A stretch of DNA of 64,000 bases from contig NC_042997.1 of NCBI RefSeq assembly GCF_006345805.1, forward strand, positions 59,210,001 through 59,274,000, in the 5' to 3' direction. Origin of the DNA: Octopus sinensis (taxonomy: Eukaryota). Below, piece after piece: positions 37,844 through 49,160 of this stretch. The notes under the pieces were generated by a model. The model did not search any database and was not told where the DNA came from. It saw only the letters and a program-made list of their open reading frames with translations. The translations under genes and the position numbers were made by a program. How positions within the stretch are numbered: position 1 is the stretch's first letter; each line of letters begins with the position of its first letter.

Positions 37844-40800
37844 CAGAAAACACTTGCCCAAGGTTCCACAAGGTGGAACTGAACCCAGAACCATGTGATT
37901 GGGAAGCAAACGTCTTACCGCTTAAGTTAATCAGGTTGTTCAGGAAGATGTTATATAACTGTAACAAGGGAAAAGGAGACTCTGTAGATAGAAGTAGTCA
38001 CAGAGGTATCATAGCATCATATTGTTGGACCAGGTGATGAAAGTTACAGAAAGAGTTATAGACCAATGAATTAGAGAGACAATTATGTTAGATGAGATGT
38101 AGTTTGGTTTTGTGCTAGGGAAAAGTACCATTGATACCCTCTTTCTGATGATATAAGAAACTACCAGTGGAAGAGAAAAGTTAAGAAAGACATGAGATGA
38201 AGAGGCAAGGTAAGATATCAAGATGGTTGACCTCAAAAAGAAGGTAACAAAAGATTGAGATGAGTGCTAATGTGTTGTAAGTTAAATGATAAACAACAAT
38301 ACTATTGCTAAGAATGACAGCTACTAGATAAGAAATTTACTTACCACTTCGGTAAAAATCATTAAAATGACTGTCTGACTTGAACTGGTGGATTACTATA
38401 GTTTTGCCCTGGATATCCCAGGTAGTTTGTCTAAACTGATGAATGTCATTAGAGGCAACAACACCATGAGCAACTTCAAATTTATCCATAATGGCTGCCG
38501 CAGGCCTGACATACTCTTTCTCAAACTTGGTAATTAATTCATCTGGAAACTGTACTTCAACTTCCATTAGCATAAATGTGGTATAAGCTAGTAAAGAACA
38601 CAAATGGGAAAGAAACAAAATAGAAAAATATAATCTTCATATAAATCATAGGTCTGCATACATGTGTGGCTATATGAATGTAATATTTGTATATATGCAT
38701 TATCATTTAATTACGGTAGTAGTTGAATAATATTCTTAAGGCTGCAATTTACTCACATGCAACATCTTTCAGACTTTGTTGCTAATTCAGTTCTTAACCA
38801 AATTGAAAACTGTTAACATTTTTGAAGAGGACTGGTCACTAGCTACATTTTGGCATTAAAAAAATTGAGATTTGGCCCAGTAGAAAAAAGTTTACCTCAA
38901 AATATGTAGCAACGTTACATACTCATAAATCTTTCACATTCTTAATTTCATTGACAATTAATCTACTTTCATATTGGGATTCTTAATACTACAGCTTTCC
39001 AATGAATGGTGGTGTTGGTGTTGGGAGGGGGGTTCGGAGGAATTACTTGCTTTTATAAATAACTTCATACTAATTTTTGTTTTAAACAACCTAAATTATT
39101 CAATAAAATACAGCTACTTGTGACTGTGTCTCCACATACAGTACTGAATCCTGTAGTAGGGCTGTTCAGAAAAGGCACAATTTTAAGTCATTATATTTCG
39201 TACTACTTTTAATTTTAATTTTAAATTTATTAACAATGAAGTTATCTATATGCTTTAATAAATCATATGTCACTAACCACTGTCAAATTAAATTTATTAC
39301 ATAACACAAGTGTTTATTTTTAATTTCAGTTAGCAACAATTATTATTTTCATCAACTCAAGATCTACGAGACTGAAGGTGAACCTGGTCACTGAAAATTT
39401 TGGGGTCTTGCAATTTGTTATCGTTTGGTGAGCCATGTTGCAAATGATTATATTGTTGTTGTTGTTATGAAATCAATAAGTTTTTGCTTATAAAAATGCA
39501 TATAATTTATTAATAATTGCAAGAAAATAAATTAGCATAAAAGAATAACTTTATTTTATCTTTATTTTCTTTAAAATTCCAAATTCACTTGACAGAATAT
39601 AGACGCTTCTGGGTGTGTCTCTATGGGTAGTACTAAAGTCATGTAGTAAGGCTATTCAGAAAAGGTATTGCTCAAAAGTGCTTATATTCTACAACTTATT
39701 TTTTACTTTTAATATTTAATTAATAAAGTTATTTTTAATATGCTATTACACTTAAGTAAGTTTAACTTTTATCATTAATTTTCACTTTCAGCCTTACATG
39801 CTTTCTGCTTTTTTTGATAATTCCTTTTTAGTTGCTTTCCTTTTTCATTTTTGTTAATTATTTAATCAGGCTAGTTCAGGCTAGTATTATATGCTTCAGA
39901 TATACACATCTAATTTTATTAGGGAAAGAATAGTCTCTATAGGCAGACCTGGAGGCAGAAAAGGTGTTGTTATAAAGTGATTATATTCTAAACTTATTAT
40001 TTAATACTGAAATTAATTTAAAGGGATTCTCAATTTTTGTATTATGGGAATGTAGGTAGTTTTCACTTGTGTATATCTGATATGCTTTCATAATTACTGT
40101 TGCATTGAATCATTATTGATAGATCTAGATTAGCAGTAGTCATTGCTATTATCACCAACTCAAAATCTAGGTTGCTTAAGGTGAGCCTGGTAACTGATGG
40201 TTTTGGGGTCTTGTTGTTTGTAACTGATTAGTGAACCATGGTGCAATCTTCAAGATGGTAAAATTCTCTGCCATTAATTTGGTGTGTATGGGTAATATCA
40301 GTAGCTGTTGCTCTTTGAAAGTTTATCAAATTCAGTTTTCAATTAGGTAAAATCTTAAATTATTAACTGACACATTATTAATTAACATAATAGTATAGCC
40401 TGGAAAAAAAACATGAATCACATGGAAAAATGCAAGCAAGAGAAATAATATTCTTAAGATTATAAACCTGGAAAAGTACAGGACAGGTTATTACGCTTGG
40501 AAAAGTTCAGGACAAGTTAATACATCTAGTAAAGTACAGAACAAGAAAAGTTTTACTTAAAATATTACAGCTAAGAATAAAATTTGAATATTAAAAATCC
40601 TTTGATTTTAATTTACAAAGTAACATTATAATTAAAAAAGGTACCATCATTTTGGTAAACTATTGATGCACTATTGATGAGGTGGGGTGGGATGAGGTGA
40701 GGGGGAGGGAGAGGCGGCAATGGTGAGAGGTAACTCACCTTCAAAAATAAAGAAATGTAATTTATTCAGAACTGAATCAAAATTCAAAAAATATCTCACC

Positions 40801-41114
40801 CAAATCAGGAATATATTGTAAAGGGACAACATATGCTTCATATTCCATATCCTGTTGTTTAAATATTCGATCACTGTTAATCCAACGTATTGCTTGCTCA
40901 AGGCTTAGGAAGCAGAGTATAACAATACAGTGGTTATTTGGCCATTCAGAATTCTCCAAGTTCGTAATCTGAAGAAGAAGAAGAGAAGAAGAAGAAGAAG
41001 GAAGAAGAAGAAGAAGAAGAAGAAGAAGAAGAGAAGAAGAAGAGAAGAAGAAGAAGAAGAAGAAGAAGAGAAGAAGAAGAAGAAGAAGAAGAAGAAGAAG
41101 AAGAAGAAGAAGAA

Positions 41115-41145
<31 letters not shown>

Positions 41146-44100
41146 AAGAAGAAGAGAAGAAGAAGAAGAAGAAGAAGAAGAAGAAGAAGAAGAAGAAAGA
41201 AGAAGAAGAAGAGAGAAGAAGAAGAAGAAGAAGAAGAAGAAGAAGAAGAAGAAGAAGAAGAAGAAGAAGAAGAAGAAGAAGAAGAAGAAGAAGAAGAAGA
41301 AGAAGAAGAAGAAGAAGAAGAAAGAAGAAGAGAAGAAGAAGAAGAAGAAGAAGAAGAAGAAGAAGAAGAAAGAAGAAGAAGAAGAAGAAGAAGAAGAAGA
41401 AGAAGAAGAAGAAGAAGAAGAAGAAGAAGAAGAAGAAGAAGAAGAAGAAGAAGATATTAGGAGAATGTGAATAGTATTCAATTGATAATGATATTTTTTT
41501 TCTTGTAAAATAATATTGATTTCTTACTTGAAAGTAAGAAAGATTTGAACTCAGACCATAGAAGATCACTGCTAGATACAATAAAGTGTTTCTGCCACTT
41601 TACTTTCCTAATATTCTTTCTAAGTTTTGGTACAAGGCCAGTATTTTAAGAGAAGTCAATTACATTAACCACAATGCTCAAAATCCCTATGTGTTGCAGC
41701 TCTACTGTTTCAAACATAGAGTAAACAGGAAGGAAACTAGCCCCAACTTTCCAAGCTGCCATGGAGTCACTGCAAACATTTATCATTTTCATTAGATTCG
41801 CCTCTATCTTCAACTAGTTGTACTACTTCCAGGACTTAATATTATAGAGTAGACAAGCAGCCATCACAAACTTTAGTTACTTATTTTTAACAACCTAGAA
41901 AGGATAAAAGTCAAAGTCAACCTTAGTAATATTTGAACTCAGAACATAAAGAGTCAAAACAAATGTTTCTAAGCACTTTATCCAGCACCTAACATTTCTA
42001 CCAATTATCCTCTTTTACTCTTTTACTTCCTTAATATTAAAAAAAAAAAAAAAAAAGAATTAATATCTCATAATCTAAGAAGATACTGAGGCAAATGAAC
42101 AATTTGTTTTCATGTGGAGATCAAAAGAGTGTTTACAGAAGTAGTGCGCTATTTTCACTGACAAGCACTTTGAATCCAGCTCTGTGAGTTAACGAAACAC
42201 TATCTTATATGTTAATGAACTGAGCTTCTCCACATGTCTCAGAATAGGAACCATTAATATTTTGGTTAGTAAACAGAGCCATGTCAACTCAATCAACTTC
42301 AATATAAATGGAGACTTAGTTAAATAAAATCAATCCTTTCACAAAATGACCCATACAGTCAATATTTAGCAGAGTATATTACAGGTAACTTTACTAAGAC
42401 CCCTGTACTCATTCAAGCACAGCAGAAACAACAGACACTTATAGGTTCTCTTGGCAAGTAAAAATCCCTGTGTTGTAGCTCTATTATTCCATACAGAGTA
42501 AACAAGAGAGAAACTAGCCTCAATCTTCCAAGTTGCCACAGTGTTACTGTCAATATTTATCATTTTCACCAGCTTCACTTCTATCTTCAACTAGTACTTC
42601 TACTTCCAGGACAATATTGTAGAGTAAACAAGCAGGCCGTCACAATCTTTAGTTACCTGAACCATTTAAGTAAGACATTCACACTAACCTTATCACTTTG
42701 TTTCTTATAACTCATAAAATCATTCTCGTCTTATTATTATAAAGACTTGCTATCACACAAACTAGTCATCACATTAGCAAACCACTGTACAAACTTATTG
42801 CCAGATTCATCAGTTTTCAGGTAATCTATGTTTCCATCCCCCTGTGCCATGTTTCAGCTGCAACATTTATCAGTAACAATACAAGCTAGCTATTATATGT
42901 GCAAGCCAAAGGTGGTGAGCTGGCAAAATTGCTAGCATACTGGACAAAATGCTTAGTGGCACTTCATCCATCCTTACATTCTGAGTTCAAATTCTGTCAA
43001 GGTTGACTTTTACCTTTCATCTTTTCAGGGTTGATAAAATAATACCAGTTGAGTTCTTGGGTAATCTGATGCTATTGATTACCCACCTTCCTGAAAATTT
43101 TAGGCCTTGTGCCTAAAATAGAAAAGATAATATGTACTAGCTGCCACATGTCTCAGTTACAATACATCCAGCTACTAACAGTTTCAGCTACCACATGTTT
43201 TAACCACTGAACAAACTAGGCAATACATAACTTAACAACCACAAAATTAAGCAAGTACAGCCTGATCACAACTACACAAAACAATAAAACACTTTATCTC
43301 ACTTGATCTGAAAATCCAATAAATTTTCCACCATAATTCTGAATAATTTTTTGCTGTAAAACCCAGGCATTGCGGAAGCTCTGTTTACTTTCAGATCCAT
43401 ATCGAAAAATTACATAAACTTCTTTTAAAGCAGCCGGAAACTGCAAAACAAGTACAAAATACATAAACATCTTTCTGAGTACCAAGAAATTAGAGGTATT
43501 ATTTATCCCCACTTAAACATGGATGTTTTGTAAGAACAAACTATACTGTGATAGATGCCATAAGAGAAACTCTCATATTGGTTTTTGGTGTAAAATGCAC
43601 TCTTGCTTATATTGCTATTGGTTTTTGGTGTAAAATGCACTCTTGCTTATATTGCTAGCAGGGAGATAAATTCCCACTATTTCTAATGCTGAGATCACCC
43701 ACTTGATTTCAACCAACGATGGATGTCGTCATACAACCACTACCTCTAGTACTCAAGTGTCTATTATTGATGAGACCAAGGAAGGTTGAAATCAAGTGAT
43801 CTGATGGACTCAGCACTTGAGATAGCAGAGATTCATCTCCCCACTAGCAATATAAGCAAGAGTGCATTTTGAACTAAAACCCAATATGAGAGTTTCTCTC
43901 ACAGTATCTACTGTGGTATAGTTTGTTCTAACAGAATATTCATGCTTAATTGGGGATAATTACCTCTCAGTATTAGTATTGCTTCTGTTGCTAGAATATA
44001 TTTTTTAACAAGAAATTAGATAAAGCTTTTTTTTCAGTTTTGTTTCATTTGTCTCATTAAATATGTGTATCCACAGATGTTTGGTCAGAAGCAGAACTTC

Positions 44101-47100
44101 AAAATTTGGTTGTATCACAGTCATTGACAACCTATCCTTAAGTAAGCAAGTCAGCCCACAATTTTAGGTTTAAAACATGTGATCTTTCGTTTTAAGGATA
44201 CCAGTGTGGATAAGTATTTTTGTATTTGTTACATTAAGTGACTTTTATAAAATATCACTGGTTTTGAAGTGTATGTCCATCTTATCAAATATTAAAAATT
44301 CAAAGTCAAGGATTAGGAAATAAGAAAAAAATTGGAAATTAAAACAGTTTGTTCTCATATTACCTGCATAGTTAAGAACATGTTTTGTGTGTGTGTGTGT
44401 GTGTGTGTGTTATACATATAAGTATAAAGAAATATAACTAATTATTGACAGTCAGATAGATATAGATAATATAGTAACAAGAACACTTCAGATGGTTCTT
44501 AAATGATAAAACAAATGTGATACTAAAGCAGATTTAAGGATGAGAGAACAATATAGCACCTCAGACATTTTATAACTGAAGAATAATATAGAACCTCAGA
44601 TGTTTTAGTATTAAATTAAAAGTAAAACAAAAGCGACAATTTACAATATTTTCTCGTTTCCAGTTGTTTAGAAGTGGTGTGCATGGAGCCGAAGGATCTC
44701 TTGTTTGCACCTGAAAGAAATAAAACAAACAACAAAAATTGAATAATATAATAGTATAGAGAGTAAAAATTAGTTGGTCTCTATTACTAGGAAGATTGAA
44801 CCAATAGGTATATTAGCCATTGACACAACACAATATTTATGACAGAATACAAACTGTTGATACTTCTGCCAGTAAGCAGATTCATCATCAACTTGGCCAC
44901 CTGCAACTATGGCTGAGACATCATTGTCATCATTGGTAGTGTTAACGGTGATGGCATCATTTAACATCGATTTTCCATTCTGCTATGAGTTGGACAATTT
45001 GACAGGAGGTGGAAGGCTAGGAACCATACCATATTCCATTGTCTGTTTTGGCATGGCTTCTATAGCTGGATGCCCCTCCTAATGCAAACCATTTTACAAT
45101 GTGTACTGGGTGCCTTTTATGTGGAACCAGCACCAGTGCTTTTCACAAGGTGCTATCACCAACACTTTTCATGTAGCACCAGCACCAGTGCTTTTTATGT
45201 GGCACCAGCACAAGTGCTTTTTACATGGCACCAGCACTTTATACATAGCACCATCACCACTGCTTTTTATGTGACACCAACACCAGTGCGTTTTATGTGG
45301 AACCAGCACCAGTGCTTTTTATATGGAACCAGTATCAGTGCTTTTTACATGTTACCAGCTTCAAGAGGGCCACCATGTACTTTAGTGGGAGTGGGGAGTA
45401 GTGAAGAGTGTGTGGCTGTGTGCCAGTTGAAAGATTTATGGTATTGAGAGGACAGATATAAGTGTCACTGTAAATAGATACATATATACCTCAGTTGGAA
45501 AACAAAGATAAGTGAGTTGAAGAATAAGATAAAAAGAATGGCAGTGAGAGAGATGATGGTAGAGATGTGTTGGGACATGCCCTTCAGAGACATTGGGGGT
45601 GGTGAGAATAGGTGAAGTGATATAGAAGTTGTGGCTAAGTAAGAGGGTAGGATGAGATGACTGCAGCAAATGATGCAGAGAAATATAGGAGAGGCTCAGG
45701 AGTAGGAATTGCAGCAGATATGTGAGGACGTTGAGATAGTAGGCAAGTGAAGAGTTGATGATGGAGAGCAGCACAAGGGAGGGGAGAGAAGGCACAGAAA
45801 GGAGGTGATTGGTGGAGACAGTAAGCAGGGAAAGACAAGTAACTGCTGGAGAGTAAAGGTATCTGAGTAAGCCACAGGGTATAGTATGTGCTTATTCTGC
45901 TCTTAGATGATAGAAGTGATGGGTTTTGGAGGATGAAATGTGACAGGAGATAGAAGGTTGACAGGGCAGAGAGGATGGAGGTAAGCATTACCAAGGTAGG
46001 TTTGAGATATTAATACTGCTATGACAGGTGGGTCTTCTTGAATACAGCAAAGTGTCAAATATCCATTGTCATCTCCTTTGTAAGGCTTAGCCTTTTCAGA
46101 TTGGCCTTCAATACTTCGTCTCATGTCATCCTGGGTCTCCTTCTTCCACAACTTCCATCCACTTTAAGTGATGGGCACTTTTTTTATACAACTGTCCTCA
46201 TCCATATGCATCACATATATAGTCTATTTGTTTATTTTATCTATTTCTATGTCTTATATTTATCAAAGGTATGTGACATATTTATATATTTATTTATTTA
46301 CTTATTTTTTCTTATTCATCTATTTCTATTTCTCATAGGTATCACAGGTAAGTGCAAATATTTCTATTGTGTGTGTATTACCCTGTATGTTTCTGTGTAT
46401 TATTTAAAAAATTTTTTCTCCCTCTCTTCTCATCCCTACTGTTTTTAGTCATGTGGTGGGGTGTGGTGGTGGGTGTTGCTGTTCCATTCATGTTCTCTAC
46501 TGAGGCTTGGTCTATCTACTGTTATGTGTGTAGCCTCCAGTTCTATGTGTCAAAAGATGAATCCACAGGTTAACTGCTAACTGTAAAGTTAGGAATGTAG
46601 TGTATAGCTTACAATGTACTGAGGGATGGTGCAGAAACATGACAACTACCTACATTGGAGAGACTGCACACAACATAGGAGAGCGTATAGGTGAACATTG
46701 GCAAGAGCTCAAAGAAGGGAAAAGCTCACCAGTGCTCTGCCAACATGCTTGGGCAGAACATGGAGGCTTGATTAATAGCATAGAGATTAAAGTATCTCTA
46801 TGACCCTCCTCTCACTCCTGTCCCCTTACGATGCCACTCTTGCTGACCCTCACCCTGACTTTTGGTACAGTTCCTATAGCTCTCTGTGTTGTTGCCCATG
46901 CTGCTGCCATCGTGGTAGTTGTTGTTGCTGTTGTCATTGGTCACATTGTTGATGTTGTTGCAGCCATTTGTGAAGTTATTGTATGTGTGTTTGTGTGTGT
47001 ATATGGGTTCACTTACTATATTGTTTGTATCTGTGCCCTTCATACAGTTTTTTTTTTGGTGTTTACCTATTTATCTCTATTTCTTACACTTATCATATGA

Positions 47101-49160
47101 ATGTGCATATTTGTCCATTGTGTATTACACTGATTGCATTTGTTTATTTTTTTCTCCCTTCTGTCTTTAGTTGTCATGTTGCATGGTGTGGTGGTGGGTA
47201 TTATTGTTTCATTTGTGTTTTTTATTGAGGCTCAGCCTATCTATTGCTATGTGTGTAGCCTTTGTGGTCTGTCTAAGTATCATGTCAATTCTATGCGCTA
47301 ATAATACCTTAACCTCTATATTATTAACTGAGCCTCTATGTTCTGCTTGAGCATGATGGTAGAGCACTGATGAGCCCTTCCCCTCTTTCAGCTCCTGCCA
47401 GTGTCACCTATACACTTCCCCCATGCTGTGTGCTGTCTCTCCAATCTCCAACATAAGTAGTTGTCAAATTTATAAATGTATATATATATATAGTTTATAT
47501 CCAGTTAAATGAAGAAATGAAAATGGAGAGTAGGAAATTAATAATTATTTATTGACAAACTGGTCAACGCAGTGATTTGGAAGAATTGTTAGCATGCTGG
47601 GAAAATTCTTAGCAGTATTTCGTCTGCCGCTACATTCTGAGTTCAAATTTTGTTGAGGTCGGCTTTGCCTTTCATCCTTTCGGGGGTCAATGAAATAAGT
47701 ATCAGTTACACACTGGGGTCGATATAATAGACTAGCCCCCTTCTCCCAAAATTTTCAAGGCCTTGTGCCTAGAGTAGAAACAATTATTAACAAATTCGTC
47801 ATCTTTACTTCTTACAGCCATTTCAATTAATACTCAATAATTTAATTACAAGTTTGTACATTAAATTTACATTTATGTGGCATGAGCATAATTTCATCAG
47901 AGAAAAAGATATAATTTGTAATCAAATTATTGAGTGTTAATTGAAACAGCTGTCAGAAGTAAAGATGACCAATTTGTTAATAATAAATAATTATTCACTT
48001 CCTACTCTCCATTTTCTTTTCTTCATTTAACTGGATATAAACTATATGCTTGATATATAGTTATTATTATAAGGGAATTTCTTTCCCCACTAATACTAGG
48101 TATCAAACCAGTATTTCCTTGAATGTAACCATCCCTTTACGAGGTTAATATATCCTCTAATTAAATTTTTAAAAATGTATATATAGTAAATCCAACAAAA
48201 AAACAAAGAACAGACACAAGAAAAAAACAACAATGCAAGGACATAGTACATGTAAAGTATTAGCCAGCACTCAGGGAAGGAAAGAAAGGTGGTTTTACAT
48301 TTCAAGCAAAGCTCTTCTTCAGATACAGGAGACAGAGAAAAGTCCAAGAGAAAAGGAAGAAAAAAAAACGCCAATGATTCACATGTGGTTACACAAAAAC
48401 ACCCCCCCACACACACATATATTATATACAAAATGCTGAACCTTATGAAGGAGATGACAGAAGACCAAAATATGTGATGCACTGCTGTACTTGAAAAGAC
48501 CTGCCCACCACAACATAATCAAGATCCTAAAACCAAGGTGCCATGTAACAAGCACTGGTACAATGTAAAAAACACCCACTACACTCTGTGGGTGGTTGGC
48601 ATTAGATAGGGCATCCAGCTAAAGAAAACAAACCAAAACAGACTATGTAGCCTGTTCCAGCCCCTGGTCTTGCCAATTCCTGTCAAACTATCCAATCCAT
48701 GCCAGCATGGAAAATGGACATTAAATGTTATTGTTGATGATGATGATGATAATGACAATGATGATATTGTAGCAATAGAAGTGGTAATAATATGAAGCGG
48801 TACTATTTATCCTCACTTAAGCATGGATGTTCTGTTAGAACAAACTATGCTGCAGTAGATACCATGAGAGAAACTCTTGTATTGGCTTTTGGTACAAAAT
48901 GCATAAACAAAAATGCATTTTGCACCAAAAACCAATATGAGAGTTTCTCTCATGGTATTTGCTACAGTATAGTTTGTTCTAACAGGACATCCATGTTTTA
49001 AGTTGGGATAAATTATGTATATATGTTTGTATATGTATACTTAATGTGTGTGTTACTATCATGATAACAAGGATGGAAGTAATGATAGTGCAAGACACCA
49101 ACATTGTGTGTTATAGAATGATTGTTGCATGTAACTTACTCCTATGTTTTTCGTATTCAT
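34846..49160 (-). CDS. Uncharacterised ~245-aa protein with two tandem DUF1330-like (dimeric alpha/beta barrel) repeats; 6 coding exons
   Basis: Exons 49160-49140, 44710-44645, 43440-43303, 40968-40800, 38587-38345, 34946-34846 join in frame (phases 0,0,0,1,1). Motifs [36 protein letters not shown] and [28 protein letters not shown] resemble DUF1330 (YGGRF..EG.W..VVIEFPS...W.S.EYQ..R). The family call is from recalled motifs, not an HMM search. Confidence 0.85.
34975..35245. repeat. Compound (TA)n/(TG)n/(TATG)n microsatellite abutting the acceptor region of the last DUF1330-like exon
   Basis: Directly visible. Confidence 0.95.
36060..36335 (+). mobile_element. 3' fragment of the same CR1/L2-clade LINE
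   Basis: [37 protein letters not shown] matches ORF 1698..1961. Confidence 0.8.
36960..37180 (-). mobile_element. 3' fragment of the same CR1/L2-clade LINE, opposite orientation
   Basis: Nucleotide similarity to 1740-1930. Confidence 0.8.
37212..37722 (-). mobile_element. Short non-autonomous Helitron-like element
   Basis: 5' A|TCTATATA at 37722; 3' GC-rich hairpin CCCGAGCAACGCCGGG followed by a degenerate CTAG (CTAC|T). Confidence 0.6.
38345..38587 (-). CDS. DUF1330-like gene exon ([13 protein letters not shown]...[15 protein letters not shown])
   Basis: Acceptor ttctttactAG; donor G|GTAAGT; 243 nt, phase 1-1. Confidence 0.92.
40800..40968 (-). CDS. DUF1330-like gene exon ([20 protein letters not shown]...[10 protein letters not shown])
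   Basis: Acceptor (ttc)n-AG at 40970-40969; donor G|GTGAGA; 169 nt. Confidence 0.9.
40971..41453 (+). repeat. (GAA)n microsatellite, about 483 bp
   Basis: Nearly pure GAA with occasional single-base slips. Confidence 0.98.
43303..43440 (-). CDS. DUF1330-like gene exon ([15 protein letters not shown]...[13 protein letters not shown])
   Basis: Acceptor tgttttgcAG; donor CAA|GTGAGA; 138 nt. Confidence 0.9.
43492..43967. mobile_element. Fold-back MITE with an internal ~41-bp tandem duplication
   Basis: Long inverted arms (agaggta..atcccc / ggggat..tacctct); duplicated attggtttttggtgtaaaatgcactcttgcttatattgct. Confidence 0.75.
44645..44710 (-). CDS. DUF1330-like gene exon ([22 protein letters not shown])
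   Basis: Strong acceptor tttatttctttcAG; donor ATT|GTAAAT; 66 nt, phase 0-0. Confidence 0.8.
45107..45357 (+). repeat. ~25-bp minisatellite (ttttatgtggcaccagcaccagtgc), about 10 degenerate units within a family C repeat
   Basis: Directly visible tandem units. Confidence 0.85.
46600..46800 (+). mobile_element. Penelope-like element, GIY-YIG endonuclease fragment
   Basis: [40 protein letters not shown] (ORF 46600..46803). Confidence 0.75.
47340..47470 (-). mobile_element. Second, inverted Penelope GIY-YIG fragment
   Basis: Reverse complement resembles 46640-46760 (acaactac..ggagagac.gcacac..). Confidence 0.7.
47485..48046. mobile_element. AT-rich fold-back MITE interrupted by a SINE (about 47570-47785)
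   Basis: tatagtttatatccagttaaatgaag.. pairs with ..cttcatttaactggatataaactata; SINE flanked by a ttatt(g/a)acaaa duplication. Confidence 0.7.
48797..49015. mobile_element. Internally deleted copy of the 43492-43967 MITE (near-perfect palindrome)
   Basis: Same arms, short centre. Confidence 0.75.
49140..49160 (-). CDS. DUF1330-like gene, probable first coding segment (MNTKNIG); exon probably starts at 49237
   Basis: Donor GGA|GTAAGT at 49139, phase 0 matches the next exon; acceptor aagtgcAG at 49239-49238; in-frame upstream TGA at 49184-49182. Confidence 0.55.

Noticed and set aside
40777-41581. Long ORFs of 176-234 aa (poly-S/F/L, poly-K/R/E)
   Set aside because: Translations of the (GAA)n repeat; only 40968-40800 is a real exon.
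45107-45357. Regularly spaced repeats as a CRISPR array
   Set aside because: Head-to-tail minisatellite without unique spacers, in eukaryotic DNA, with no cas genes.
47367-47374. CTGATGAG as a second hammerhead core
   Set aside because: No downstream stem II-GAAA or stem I complement; it is the antisense of the GIY-YIG coding fragment.
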